A stretch of DNA of 64,000 bases from an uncultured Actinomycetes bacterium (GCA_963706025.1 CAVPLM010000008.1:32001-96000), one strand, 5' to 3'. Counted from the stretch's first letter, positions 10,294-22,155 are shown. Translations and numbers: made by a program. The notes: generated by a model from the letters alone, not told the origin.

Positions 10294-10852
10294 ATGGTTC
10301 AAGAATCGGCCAGCCTATCGGGTGACGGACCGAGCACGGCTGCTAGCGCGGGCGTACTTGAGCGTGCCCAAGCGGAAAGCTTCGAAGAAGTAGTGGACCG
10401 ACAGGCAGAGCGCTTGGTACGCAGCCTCACCGCCATGTTTCTTGACCGTGAACTGGCAGCGGATGGAGCCCAAGATGCGTTCGTCCAACTCTACAAACAC
10501 TGGGATGACGGTTACCAAGACAGGAAGTCCAGACGCCTGGCTCTACCGAGTAGCGGTGAACTGCTGCAAGGACTACAAGTCGGCTACAGCCCGGGCTTCT
10601 CGCCTTTTCCAAAGGCTGGTCGGCGCTGGTCCGGAGCACCCAGACTATGTGGACTGGGAACCCCGGGCGGAGTTCCTGAGCGTTCTTTCCCAGCTTCCCA
10701 CCCGCCAACGCATCGCTGCCGCTCTCTACTACGACGCCGATCTCTCGGTGGCAGAGATTGCCCGGGTCATGGGGATCTCGGAAGGTTCCGTGAGCAGCCA
10801 TCTTCATCGGGCCCGCCTGGCCCTCAAAGATATTCTGGAGACGACGCGGTGA
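10294..10852 (+). CDS. ECF RNA polymerase sigma factor (one frameshift near 10510)
   Basis: ELAADGAQDAFVQLYKHW in one frame, then PDAWLYRVAVN...LPTRQR...SVAEIARVMGISEGSVSSHLHRAR in the next. Confidence 0.88.
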
Positions 10853-13545
10853 TGAACGCCGATCAGACTGACGAACAGATACGCACTTTCTACGAAGAGA
10901 ACGCCGCCCGGCTGGATGTTGATTCGTTCAAGGACGAGCTTGCCAAGCAGGCTGCCTTCGGGCGGTAGAAAGAAGACACCCAGGTACCAAACGAGTGGTC
11001 ACCTTCGCCCTTGTTGGAGTCGTTCTCCTAGCAGCGGTAGGTGTGGGCGTGAATGCCCTTGTAAGGTGGGTGGGGCACGACCAGGGAGTGATTGTCATCA
11101 CGGACGAGGGGATGAGGCTAGGACCGGCGTCCTCGGAGGCTTCGACCGCGGGAAGGGAACAACGCTCGGTCATTACCATACATGGTCCGGCAACCATCTC
11201 CCGTCCCGCCCCCACCAGTGTCGTTCTTTCGGCCTCTTGGGGCAGCGGCCCCGAGCAGTTCGGACTGGATGAGAGCGGGGCGGGCTACGGGCCCAGCGTG
11301 ATGGCAGTCTCTGAGTGGGGGGTGAATGGTCTGGAGGGTCGGATACTGGCGGTTGCAGACCAGGTCAACTCCCGCGTGCAGCTGTTCCTGCTTAAGGACG
11401 ACGGGAGCGCCGATCTTCTCAGAAGTGTCCCCCTCCCCAGCGTCGCCGGTGGACTCTCGGACATGGTCATAGACCCCGATGGCCACATCTATGTGCTTTC
11501 AGGAGGTCAAAGCCAGGTCATCTATGCGCTATCGGCCGCAAGTGATGATGTCCACCTCCTCTACAACCCGACTCCCATGGCCGTCAGGCTCCATCTGAAC
11601 GGCTTCAACCTCTTCGCAGAAGGGGCGGACGGTAAGTCCTATGGCGTGACCGCAATCTTCGACTACGAGGGCGGCCCCGGAGACAAGCTGCGCGAGCGCG
11701 GCCTCGACACTTCCGCGACCGCCTGGGCGGCCCCCGTTGATGGAGTGCCTGTGCCCGGGTCCAATGAAGGCCGGGTGGCGAAGGTACAGCTCCGCGATGG
11801 AAACGCGGAAGTAAGGGTGGTGAACACTGCGGGGGAGCTGCGGCAGGCGTTCGTTGTCACGTCGCCAGACCTTCCTATCGACTCAGCTGGACTGCTCGGG
11901 CAAGACGCCGCTCAGAACCTGTGGGTGCTCATGCGCATCTACGCCGACGGCTGGGAAGGAACCGAGTCGTTTCTGATGGTTGGGGTCTCTCCGGAAGGGA
12001 CAAAGGTGGGTGAGCTCCGCCTGCCTCTGGATGCCTATGCGACGTGGGACGTCTTCCTCGACCCCGTGTTTCCCTTCGGCGTCTACGAGATGCGCGGGAC
12101 CGAAGAGGGACTTGAGATCAATCGCTACTCCAAGTTGGTCGAGCCGGTCACCACGACGACTGTCTTCTCCCCCGAAGAGACCGCTCAGCAATGGTACGAG
12201 CGCGGGTACTTCATGGGCTACTGGGCCGGCAACGTGGAGACCATACCGGTCCAGCCTGCGAGCTCTTCCCGAGTTCTTCTTCAATGGGCCCACCCCTTCA
12301 GCGCCCCTGGTCACGGATCTCCAGGGGAATCCGATACGGAAGGACCCTTCGGAAATCAAGAAGCCCCTATGGGTCTTTGGTAACGAAGTAGACGTAGCCG
12401 ACTACACGGAGCGGATCCGCCAGGCCAAGAACGGTGGACGCCCCGTTCTTCTTTACGCGACTGACGTCGGCGATGCCTGCGAGGTCCTGGAGCTTCAGCA
12501 ACACACTTGGAGTGACACGCCGCTTGAGCGCCTCATCGCCATATGGCCCGGAGAAGGTGCCACCACTGCCTCAGTCGGCACTTACGAATGGACTGAATCG
12601 CCTAGTTCTTCAGTCCTGCGGGCAGCCGTCGTCTTCCACAGCCTGGTGGAGGCAACTCTCCTGATCCCGGGGCCCACTGCGTCCCCGACCACGACCGAAG
12701 TCATACAGGGGCGCGTCGTCTTTGAGGCTACATGGGGCGACCAGGCCGACCAGGCTGGACTGACGAGAGGGGAGGGCGAACTACGTGGTCCGGCCTCGTT
12801 CGCAGTCGAGAACGGACTCCTGTATGTATTGGACGGCATCAATAAGCGAATCCTTGTTGTGGACGAGGGTCAGGTCATGCGGGCCATAGCCATAGAGCAG
12901 GCCACCGATCCAACCGACATCGCGGTCGCCAGTGATGGGACCCTCGTTGTGGACGACTGTCGCGGTACTGGACAGATACTCGCGTATGCAACGAATGGAT
13001 CGGTCTCAAGGGCAGTCGTTCCGGAAGGGTTGACTCCGGCCATCTTGTGGAGGGACGGCAACACGGTCTACTCGTTGATGGGTCTTGACGAAGATACGCG
13101 ACGATCCGGTTATGTGCCGGTCTTTGAGGGGGGAACGCTAAGGGACATCAGTGAACAGGTCAAGCTTGCGCTTGCCGACTGCCCCGTTTCCGACGGAGCA
13201 ATTCGTATCGAGGCAAAGGACGATCAATACTCAGTTGCCAATATCAGGAACGGTGAGACGGTGTTCAATGTCACTCTGGATCCCACCATCTCCTCTCCTG
13301 TGGAATTCCAGAAACAAGCAAATGGCGGAGTTGTCCTATCCTTTCTGACGGAGTCCAGAGAAGAGGAATTCCGTAGAACGGCCTGGCTCGTTGGTTCGTC
13401 CGGGTTCAAAAAGGCGTTCGACCTGGGTCCCGAGAGTATATGGAGCTATATGCATGTTCACTCACGGGTGACTGCTGGTGGGTCTGTCTACGTCATGACC
13501 AGTGACGTGGACGGACTGACGATCACGCAGTTCGATCTGAAGTGA
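10852..13545 (+). CDS. Large membrane-anchored putative anti-sigma/sensor with two NHL/beta-propeller-like domains (frameshifts near 10965 and 12260)
   Basis: Coupled to the sigma stop; TM helix; repeated domain VVLSASWGSGPEQFGL..VADQVNSRV and VVFEATWGDQADQAGL..VLDGINKRI. Could be two genes. Confidence 0.6.
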
Positions 13546-13907
13546 GGCTCACTCGACTTGCAGGCCAGTGCTCGGCACGTAGGCAACGGCTCCCCCAACA
13601 ACCCGCGAAGGCGTTGACACTCCGGTCCCCACCGCGACAGATGACAGAGCGCACCAGGTGAATCCGATCAACTCTGAGGCGCACGTGTCAGGTACGTTTC
13701 CTCGCCTCTTTGCGCCATCTTCACGTCCTCGTTGCCCTTCAGCGCTCGCCGCACCATGTCTGGATTCCCAGGCATCAACTTTGTGAGAGCCCCGATTGGC
13801 CGCTCCCAGGCTCGGCCGGCGGGGGCATCTGTTTGCGGACTGACTGAGTAGGGGATAGTGGAGTTGTACGGGGAGTAAGTGATACTCGCTATCTGCTGGA
13901 AGGGGCG

Positions 13908-14228
13908 ATGGCCATGGTTCTCCATATCATGAAATGGGACATCCACCCGGACAAACTGGACGCCTACTTGAAGTGGACAGAGGGCGCGATCAAGCGCAGC
14001 TTGGCAGTCCCAGGTGTCGTTGAGTTTCGGGCGTACCGAGGAGCCACTGGTTCTTCCCAAGTTGTGACGACCTGGGAGTTAGCCGACATGGCGGCCTGGG
14101 CGGCCTGGCAGGGCAGCGAGGACATGCAGAAGGTGCGGGCTGAACTGGGCACACTGGCCCTCAATGTGGAGATTGAGGTCTGGGGGCCGTCGCCAGTCGT
14201 ACCTGCGCCTATCAGACCGGGCAAGTAA
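13908..14228 (+). CDS. Dimeric alpha/beta-barrel (ABM/EthD-like) protein
   Basis: 106 aa; AVPGVVEFRAY, TTWELADMAAWAAW pattern; RBS and downstream hairpin. Confidence 0.7.
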   Translation: MAMVLHIMKWDIHPDKLDAYLKWTEGAIKRSLAVPGVVEFRAYRGATGSSQVVTTWELADMAAWAAWQGSEDMQKVRAELGTLALNVEIEVWGPSPVVPAPIRPGK

Positions 14229-14261
14229 GCAACGTCATTCCTGATATCCGACTCCACGGTG

Positions 14262-14290
14262 ACGGAGGTCCTTCGGGGCCTCCGTTCTTG
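14262..14290 (+). terminator. Putative intrinsic terminator
   Basis: ACGGAGGTCC-TTCG-GGGCCTCCGT followed by TCTTG. Confidence 0.6.
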
Positions 14291-14323
14291 TTCGTGGCTT
14301 CCGCAGGGAGTTCACCGCTAGAG

Positions 14324-14390
14324 TCCGGTCGGCTGAGGCCGGGTTTTCGCGTCTTTGGGGCGAGTTCGGGGGCAAGTCGGTGGGAAACTC
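14324..14390 (+). repeat. Orphan hairpin + GGGGGCAA module
   Basis: TCCGGTC..GGCCGGGTTTTCGCG..GGCGAGTTCGGGGGCAAGTCGGTGGGAAACTC. Confidence 0.85.
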
Positions 14391-14507
14391 TTCAGCAACA
14401 GACGGCACAGAACGGAACGAGACGAGCAAACGCTTCTCGCTGGTTCTAACCGCTGCGTCAGGGTAGAAAAGCGACCAGACAGGTGCTCAAATCCACTGGG
14501 GCTAGCA

Positions 14508-14990
14508 CTACGCCGGGTTGGGAATCGCTTCACCCCCCTGGGCGGGCGGCTCAGACTCGACCACACGTTTCAGGTTCTGCATTCCTCGTTCGCAGATCTC
14601 GTTCCACCGAGGTTTGAATACAAACACGTTCACTACAGGGCCGATGACCGGCGGTTTGGGTTGGTACTCCAGAACAAAGTTGACTCGGGTGGAAGCCCCT
14701 ACCGGCTCGAAGCGCCACTGCTTGCGCGCATCTACCCCCATGAGCGGCGTCAGGAAGGTCCAGCCTTTGTCCCCTTCGTATTCCACCGTCTCCCAATCGG
14801 ACGTCCGGGCCTTGCCAAGAAAGGTCAGGTCCACATGCAGGCGTGCTCCCAGCCCTGCCTCCTTGTCTCCAATCGGCTGCACCTTCTGGATGTAGTCGAA
14901 ATAGCGCGGGATGTTGCGCCAATCTCGAACGAAGCCGATAACCTGGGTGGCTGGTCTATCGATGACAGCCTGCTTCTCGATCCTTGTCAT
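14508..14990 (-). CDS. SRPBCC/polyketide cyclase family protein
   Basis: IDRPATQVIGFVRDWRNIPRY, WRFEPVGASTRVNF, MQNLKRVVES. Confidence 0.85.
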   Translation of the reverse strand: MTRIEKQAVIDRPATQVIGFVRDWRNIPRYFDYIQKVQPIGDKEAGLGARLHVDLTFLGKARTSDWETVEYEGDKGWTFLTPLMGVDARKQWRFEPVGASTRVNFVLEYQPKPPVIGPVVNVFVFKPRWNEICERGMQNLKRVVESEPPAQGGEAIPNPA

Positions 14991-15415
14991 GGCGCGGGCC
15001 TCCTTCCATGAAGCGACCGTAGGTGAGACGGGACCGCCGACCTTTCTCTAACGCCGTGAATCCCTAATGCAAGTATCTGGCTATCCGAGAGTGTAGTCAA
15101 GCCCTTCGCGAGGCGGTGGCCTGGGGCCTGGTGTGTCCTGTGTCCTGCAGGAGCGGACCTATCGATCATATACGCGAACGCACCTCTCCAGCCCGGTGCG
15201 CCACAGCAGATACAGATTCCAATCGGGGTGCCGGTTCGGCAGTTCACGAAGCCAGCTAGCGAAAGCTACAGCGCGCCCGACTCCATGAGCCACGGCACTT
15301 CTCCAGAAGATGGCGTCGGCACCGGCGGGGAGCTAGGTCCGCCGCACAAGACGGTGTTCGTCCACACCCTACAGCCACCTGAGGCCGGGTAGAGGAGTCC
15401 CCGAACGCATCCTGG

Positions 15416-15553
<138 letters not shown>

Positions 15554-15939
15554 CCACCACAGAACAGGCGTGGATGGACGCGAGCAGTCCGCACATAACG
15601 GATGGGTTGCGCCGGGTCCGATCATCCCGCCCGAGCTCAAGCTCGCCATAGGCATCGGGCAGAAGGTCACCGAGGTTCGCCCCTAGGGGCAGGGGCAGAC
15701 GCCCGTCGAAGACCAGGAGCGCGACTGCCACACTCCCTTGCGTCGATTGCCCGGCTTGTCGCAGCCGCTCTTGGCAGCCCGTCTTTTGAGGCTCTCCTGT
15801 CCCTCGGGCCAGGTCAAAGACCAGCCTACCGCCCAGGCAACAATCCCGACAGCTGGCTGGTTCCTTCGAGGGACCGTGTTTGTATTCTACGTTGTAGAGT
15901 GTTCGACACCGTAGAAACGACAGAGCGGGAGAAGAGGCA

Positions 15940-16131
15940 ATGGGTACAGCAACTTCATTAGCCGAACTGAACCAGTCCCAGACGGCTCTGTCCGACGAGG
16001 AACGTCTTCATCTTCTAGACGAGTTTCTGGTGGCCACGTCCTTGGGATGGGAGCAGGTCGTGAGTGTTCTTCAATCCTACGTACGGGACCCAGAGACGCG
16101 GGAGACGCTGGAAGAGCTGCTGGCGGCCTGA
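15940..16131 (+). CDS. Small hypothetical protein
   Basis: 63 aa, GAGG RBS, acidic helical sequence. Confidence 0.5.
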   Translation: MGTATSLAELNQSQTALSDEERLHLLDEFLVATSLGWEQVVSVLQSYVRDPETRETLEELLAA

Positions 16132-16185
16132 GGGCTTGGTCATCGGCATAGCGAGAGAAACGCAACAGCACCGAGGAGGCGCGAC

Positions 16186-16350
16186 ATGATCGAGAACGTA
16201 ATGAAACTGCACAAGTGCGAGAACTGCAGCATTCGCTGCAGGGGGGCGGCAAAGCCCGGTTCGGTCTCCGCTCGCATCCATCGCTGGCATATGACCTGGT
16301 GGCCGGGCTGGAAGATCTACCAAGCGGAGCTTCGCGAGCGCACCGCGTGA
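16186..16350 (+). CDS. 54-aa CxxC / Trp-rich small protein
   Basis: GAGGAGG RBS; MIENVMKLHKCENCSIRCRGAAKPGSVSARIHRWHMTWWPGWKIYQAELRERTA; below the ORF-track cutoff. Confidence 0.7.
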   Translation: MIENVMKLHKCENCSIRCRGAAKPGSVSARIHRWHMTWWPGWKIYQAELRERTA

Positions 16351-16378
16351 CCAACAACAGGCACGAGAGAGGAAGATT

Positions 16379-17092
16379 GTGACTCCAAAGACCAGAAGAT
16401 CGGTAAGTGAGCGGGGGTCAACCGGGCGTCGCTATCCGGAGGAGCCGCTGAGTCGCGAACGGATCGTGAGCACTGCGCTGGCCCTGGTCGACGAGGAGGG
16501 GCTGCCGGCTCTCTCCATGCGCCGTCTGGCCGCTGCCCTGGGCGTCGATCCCATGGCCATCTACTACTACCTGCCCAACAGGGCCGCTCTTGAGGATGCC
16601 ATAGTCGAAGCGGTGAATGTCGACATGTACGCGGACGAGTTCTCGTTCGACTTCTCACTTCCCCTGTACGATTTCGTGGTGGCGGCAGGGCGGTTCTATC
16701 GGACGGCCCTGCTGCGCCATCCCCACGCCGTCTACCTCATGGTGGTGCGGGCCGCGCCCACGCCGACCGCCTCGAGACCGGGTGACGCGATGATGGGCAG
16801 GCTCATCGAACGGGGTCTCACTCCTGCCGAGAGTGTTACGGCCGTAGACGTCTTTTCCACGTATGTCACTGCCTCCGTCCTCCGGCAGGTCCAACTGCCG
16901 ATGGGACCGGAGCATGACCCGCACGTCCAACTACGGAAGATGAAGGACGCGCTGGACCCGGCGGAGTCGCCCAACCTCGTTCGGGCCATCGCCGAGGGAA
17001 ACCTCATGGATTTCGACGCTGAGTTCGAGTTCGGACTTCAGGCCCTCGCCCGGGGGTTCGCCGAAGTCGCAGCCAAACGAGCGGCCGGGTAG
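16379..17092 (+). CDS. TetR family regulator (TetR_C type)
   Basis: LSRERIVSTALALVDEEGLPALSMRRLAAALGVDPMAIYYY; FEFGLQALARG. Confidence 0.93.
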   Translation: MTPKTRRSVSERGSTGRRYPEEPLSRERIVSTALALVDEEGLPALSMRRLAAALGVDPMAIYYYLPNRAALEDAIVEAVNVDMYADEFSFDFSLPLYDFVVAAGRFYRTALLRHPHAVYLMVVRAAPTPTASRPGDAMMGRLIERGLTPAESVTAVDVFSTYVTASVLRQVQLPMGPEHDPHVQLRKMKDALDPAESPNLVRAIAEGNLMDFDAEFEFGLQALARGFAEVAAKRAAG

Positions 17093-17130
17093 GGCCGACT
17101 CGATCGTTCAATCGCAAAGGAGGATCAGCC

Positions 17131-17490
17131 ATGACAACCATCGGAGCGACAAGCACAGGGGAGTCTCAGAAGCGCACGTTGGAGCTTCAGCTCGAGCGGA
17201 GCGGCTGGGCCCTCTTTCTCATCATGATTGGTGGGCTCGCCCTCCTGCCCGCAGGCTGGGTTCCCGCAGGGGTCTGGCTCGTGGGCGTGGGGCTCATCAT
17301 GGTGGGGATGAACATCATTCGGCATCGCAAAGGCATCCGGATCAGCGGCTTCACCACAGTCCTCGGAGTCGCCGCGATGGCCGCGGGGTTCTTCTCGATG
17401 GCTGGAATCGATTTCCCGGTGTTCCCCGTTCTCCTGATAGCCGTCGGGGCTCAGATCCTCTACGGCGTAAGCAGAGGACAGCGCGACTAG
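17131..17490 (+). CDS. Four-TM membrane protein
   Basis: AGGAGG RBS, four hydrophobic helices. Confidence 0.75.
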   Translation: MTTIGATSTGESQKRTLELQLERSGWALFLIMIGGLALLPAGWVPAGVWLVGVGLIMVGMNIIRHRKGIRISGFTTVLGVAAMAAGFFSMAGIDFPVFPVLLIAVGAQILYGVSRGQRD

Positions 17491-17519
17491 TCACGCCCCG
17501 GTCACCGAAGGGAGCGTCC

Positions 17520-18263
17520 ATGAGAGTCTTGACCGTCTATGCCCATCCCGATCCTAGGTCGTTCTGCCACGCCATCCTCGAGCAGTTCACCAAGGGACTC
17601 CAGGATGCCGGCCACACGAGCGAAGTAGTCGATTTGTACGCCATTCGTTTCGACCCGGTCTTTCGCATGCAGGACTTCCCCAGCTACGTGCACCCAAGCA
17701 TGCCGCTCGACATACTCGAGCAGATGGACCTAAAGAAGCGCGTGGTGGACTCCGCCGGGAATCCGGTGACGAAGCTCATCGCCAAGCGTTGGCTTCGGAA
17801 CAAGGACACACTGGAAGTGGCCCGGATTATCCATGAGCACAGGCCCAAGGACGTTGCGGCCCAGTGGGACAAGGTCAAGAGCGCCCAAGGCTTGGCCTTC
17901 ATCTCGCCCGTGTACTGGCTGCATTTCCCGGCGATCATGAAGGGCTGGTTCGAACGGGTTTTCGCCTACGGCGACGCCTACGCCTTGACGCCCGAGGGAT
18001 GGCGCGGAGAAATGGCCGGTCGAGTGCCGCTGCTTCAGCATGAGAAGGCCCTGGTCATCAACACGACTCTCTTCCGGGAAGAGGACTATGAGACCTATCT
18101 CAAGGAACCGATGACCCGGATCATCGACGACTGGGGACTGCGCTACCCAGGGGTCAAGAAGGTCGAACACGTCTACTTCTATCGCGTGCCGGTAACGGAC
18201 GACGAGTCCAGGCGGGGCTATCTAGACCAAGCCTACCGGCTGGGCAAAGACTTCACCGATTAG
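17520..18263 (+). CDS. NAD(P)H-dependent oxidoreductase (Flavodoxin_2)
   Basis: VYAHPDPRSFCHAI, PVYWLHFPAIMKGWFERVF. Confidence 0.92.
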   Translation: MRVLTVYAHPDPRSFCHAILEQFTKGLQDAGHTSEVVDLYAIRFDPVFRMQDFPSYVHPSMPLDILEQMDLKKRVVDSAGNPVTKLIAKRWLRNKDTLEVARIIHEHRPKDVAAQWDKVKSAQGLAFISPVYWLHFPAIMKGWFERVFAYGDAYALTPEGWRGEMAGRVPLLQHEKALVINTTLFREEDYETYLKEPMTRIIDDWGLRYPGVKKVEHVYFYRVPVTDDESRRGYLDQAYRLGKDFTD

Positions 18264-18321
18264 CGGCTCGATTCGTGCGCGGATTGAAAAAGGAAAGGCA
18301 TCGACATTGAGGGGGTGCGTC

Positions 18322-19191
18322 ATGCGTGACACAGAGCAAGCGGAGCGGCTCGTCGAACGTCTCGATCCAAGCGAGGACTTCAACTTCGAGCACTTCCGGA
18401 TGCGACACATGCTCGCGGAACTTCTGCGCCCCGGCCTTCGCCCCGGCCGCGAAGCGCCGGACTTCAAACTGCCCTCCACCGACGGTCCGCCCCTGCAGTT
18501 GAGCGACCTCCGCGGAGCGCCGGTGCTCCTCCACTTCGTGAGCTACACGTGCCCAGTCACGCGCGGGGGCGTGGCAACGATGGAGGAACTGTATCGGCTC
18601 TACGGCGAACAGGTGCGGTTCGTCGAAGTGCTTATGCGCCAAGCGCACCCCGGGGAGCGACACGGCGCGTACCGCTCCAACGAGCAGAAGCTTCAGGACG
18701 GCCGCGACTACCAGCGCGAAGAGAACGTACCGTGGCCGGTACTGGTCGATGATCTCGCCTGCAGCGTGCAGCGCGCATACGGTGGTTTGGCCGCCGCCGC
18801 CTACCTCATCGACAGCCGCGGAATGGTCGCCTTCTGCGGCACCTGGGGCCAGTCCCCTGCCCTACGAGAGGCCCTCAACGACCTCCTCGCCCGTGGCGGC
18901 ACCGGCACCCCGGCCGGAAAAGGCACCGACCGCCGACCGCACCTCGCCGCCGGCATCGTCGCCGGCCGCAGCGGCCCGGCGCGCGGCGGACGCCAAGCCC
19001 TGATCGACCTCGAACTCGGCTTTCCCAGCGGGAACATCCTCATGCTTGTCGGGGGAGTGCTGCGGCCGCTGCTCGCGCCGCTCGCGCTTCGCACGACGCC
19101 GATCCCACCGAAGGAACGTGCCGCTCTCCTCGCCGGGCTTGTCGCTGCAGGCGCCGCTCTTGGTCTCGGCGTGAGACACATCCGGCGCTAG
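18322..19191 (+). CDS. Peroxiredoxin-like / deiodinase-like thioredoxin-fold protein
   Basis: PGREAPDFKLP, LHFVSYTCP, RQAHPGE, VLVDDL, AYLIDSRGMV. Confidence 0.8.
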   Translation: MRDTEQAERLVERLDPSEDFNFEHFRMRHMLAELLRPGLRPGREAPDFKLPSTDGPPLQLSDLRGAPVLLHFVSYTCPVTRGGVATMEELYRLYGEQVRFVEVLMRQAHPGERHGAYRSNEQKLQDGRDYQREENVPWPVLVDDLACSVQRAYGGLAAAAYLIDSRGMVAFCGTWGQSPALREALNDLLARGGTGTPAGKGTDRRPHLAAGIVAGRSGPARGGRQALIDLELGFPSGNILMLVGGVLRPLLAPLALRTTPIPPKERAALLAGLVAAGAALGLGVRHIRR

Positions 19192-19208
19192 GGGTTTCTC
19201 AGCATGAA

Positions 19209-19275
19209 GCCCGGTCCGTGAGGCCGGGTCCTCGCATATTCGGGCCGAGTTCGGGGGCAAGTCGGGGCAGACTCG
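19209..19275 (+). repeat. Orphan hairpin + GGGGGCAA module
   Basis: GCCCGGTC..GGCCGGGT..GCCGAGTTCGGGGGCAAGTCGGGGCAGACTCG. Confidence 0.82.
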
Positions 19276-19518
19276 ACGGCAGGGAAGACGGCAGTGAAGG
19301 GACCGGAGGAACGCCAGTCCTTTCGCCTCACTTGTGTCCGTGAGCGCCCGCTCGATGACGGGTGACCCCTTCGTCCGACGGGCGCGATTTCTCTTTGCCC
19401 CATGTCAACAATTCGACCCTCTCGTGCGTGTATACGCCGAAAGCAGGACAATGGGGAAGCGGAGACGGGACTGGTTAAGGTGGAGGCGGACGGCAAAACG
19501 TTCTTGAAGACCGGGAGC

Positions 19519-20049
19519 GTGACCGGTTTGAGCGACTGGCCGCTGAGTGATGGCAGAGTCCGGGAGCACCTGCACTATGGCTGCCCCGAAGACGTCTTCG
19601 AGCACGACTACGACCGTTTGGTCCAGGCGCTGACCATCGTGGCCGGTGACAAGGAAACAGCCGCCGACGCGGTCCAAGAGGCCTTCGTTCGCCTTGTACG
19701 CGACTGGGGCCATTTGGGCGCCTACGAGAATCCAGCTGCTTGGGTACGACGAGTGGCTTTGAACCTGATCCACGATCACCAACGCTCGGTCTGGAGACAG
19801 GCGAGACTCCTGCTCAGAATCGAGCAGCAGCCCCCCGCGCGGGAGGGAGCCTCGGCGATGGCTGAAGAAGTGTGGGAGCAGCTGAGGGCCCTGCCTCTCA
19901 AACAGCGCACCGCTCTCGCTCTCTACTACGTGGGCGACTTGACCGAGCGTGAAGCGGCCGACGTCATGCACGTGTCGGAGGGCACGGTCAAGCAGCACCT
20001 GCACCGCGCTCGGCAGACACTACGAGAAACACTGGAGGGACAGTGGTGA
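19519..20049 (+). CDS. ECF RNA polymerase sigma factor
   Basis: AADAVQEAFVRL, PAAWVRRVALN, LPLKQR, SEGTVKQHLHRAR; start approximate. Confidence 0.92.
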   Translation: MTGLSDWPLSDGRVREHLHYGCPEDVFEHDYDRLVQALTIVAGDKETAADAVQEAFVRLVRDWGHLGAYENPAAWVRRVALNLIHDHQRSVWRQARLLLRIEQQPPAREGASAMAEEVWEQLRALPLKQRTALALYYVGDLTEREAADVMHVSEGTVKQHLHRARQTLRETLEGQW

Positions 20050-22155
20050 ACCTAGACCGGCAACTCGAAGAAACACTGAAGTGGCTCGCGGGGCCGGTGG
20101 ATCGAGGCGGAGTATGGGCCGGCATCGAAGCCCGCGCGCAGAAAGAACAGAGAGCGCCCGAGGAAGGTCTGCCCTTGGCTGGCTGGATCGGTGAGCAGGC
20201 CGGTGATAGCGAGCGGTCGCTCGCACCGAAGGCGTCCGCCCCCAGGCGCAGGAGCGGCCTCCGCGTTGCGGTCTTTGCGTCCATCGCCGTCGTCCTGGTG
20301 GCCTCCATAACCGTCGGGAGCCTAGAGGCCGCCAAACACCTGGGCAATGACCAGCCCGTGCTCGTCATTACCGACGACACCCTCAGTCCCACGGCTACCG
20401 GTCAGACAGACCATACGACGGCAACCGGGGCACAAGGTGGGTACTGGGAGCGGCTGCCGTTGACCAGCTTGGGCGGGGCCGTCAGTATCCTGGTCATGGA
20501 TCCCAGCAACCCGTCGATCCTCTACGCGGCGAGGTCCGATGGTCTGTTCAAATCGAGCAACGGGGCCGGGAGTTGGAAGCGGCTCGCGCCGCTCGAGAGC
20601 GACCTGTTTGCCGTGACGGATGTAACCCTTATCACGATCGATCCGGCCTCCCCATCCACGGTCTACGTGACGGCCTGGGACGGTGGGCCCGCACTGTTTA
20701 GGTCGGATGACGGCGGCGCCAGTTGGGTGGACTTGAACTGGGCGTGGAACGATGTGATCGCCGCTGTGGGGGAGATCATAGATCTGGGCCCCGGGAACAC
20801 ATCCAGGATGTGGTTCGACACAACATCCTCCCCGTCCACGGTGTATGTGGCGGGCGCCTACCCGGTGGTCCTCGCCGCCAAGCCGGTGTTGCGGTCGACG
20901 GACCGGGGCAAGAGCTGGACCATGCTCAGCCCGGAAGAGGCAGCCCAGGCGCTGGCACAGCAACCGGAGGGCGGGCTCGGGACGGACTTCCAGGGCACGG
21001 TCACGGACGCTGACACCGGCGCCGTCCTTGCAGTTTCCATGGGACGTATCGACCCCGGCGATCCGTCGATCCGGTACGCCGGCACCGAAGAGGGCGTCTA
21101 CAAGTCCACGGACGGCGGCACCACCTGGAAGAAGGCAAATGCCAGCTTGCACACTTCCGTGGCCTGGAGGGTGGTTCCCGATCCTAGTTCGCCGGCCATC
21201 CTCTATGCGGCTACGCCTGAGGGGATCTTCAAATCCGACGACGCTGGCATCACGTGGAGCATGATCCTGCCCGGTCAAGGCTCGGTGGTCCTGGCGCCCT
21301 CCTCCCCCTCTACGCTATACGCGTGGACATCGGCGGGGCTGTTCCGCACCGACAACGCCGGGGCCGAGTGGACCCAGCTTGCCGGCGCAGGCCTGGTCGA
21401 GCAGACCGCCCCTAGCGGTGCGGAAGGTGGCCTGGCTCTGGTCGCCGCCGACAACCCCGACACCGTGTTCGCGATGACGGGGATGACGGACACGCCTATG
21501 AAGCGCCTGTTCAGATCCACCGACGGCGGCAACACCTGGAGCCAAGTGCTCGAAGGGGTTGCGTTCGGTACACAGCGGTGGTGGTCTTCTCGTCGCCGAT
21601 CCGCTGAATCCCTCTACCTTGTTCACCGCTACTGAGTCGGGCGAGGCGGGCCAGGTGCTCAAATCGACGGACGCTGGGAGCACGTGGACGGTCGTCGCCC
21701 CCGCCGAGCAGTGGACAAACGGGCTGCAAGACATCGCGGTAGACGCGCACACTCCCTCCAACGTCTACGTGATCCAATGGCAGGGCATCGGTGATGGACC
21801 GAACCCGGTCTTTCGCTCGCCCGATGGCGGAGCCACCTGGGAGAAGGTCGACCTCGCAAACCTCGAAGGCCTTGGGGAGCCCTTCTGGTCTCCACAGCGG
21901 CTGCTGTTCGATCCCCGGTCACCCGACACGCTCTATGTGCCGGTGGTTAGAATGGTGGGATGGGGCATAGGCGCAGGCCTCTACCGCTCGACGGACGGAG
22001 GAGTCACCTGGGAGAGCATCATCGGGGGGCTCGACGCCCATGAAGCGGATAGGGTCAGCCAAGCGCCCAACATCGTGATCGACCCTGCCCCCGGCGGAGG
22101 GCTGTACGCCGCGACGGGGTTCAGCCTCTTCCAGTGGGTGCCCGAGAACGAGTAA
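20046..22155 (+). CDS. Membrane-anchored BNR/Asp-box (sortilin/VPS10-like) repeat protein, putative anti-sigma sensor; frameshift near 21575
   Basis: Overlaps the sigma stop; TM helix; many SxDGGxTW Asp boxes continuing in ORF 21559-22155. Confidence 0.8.
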
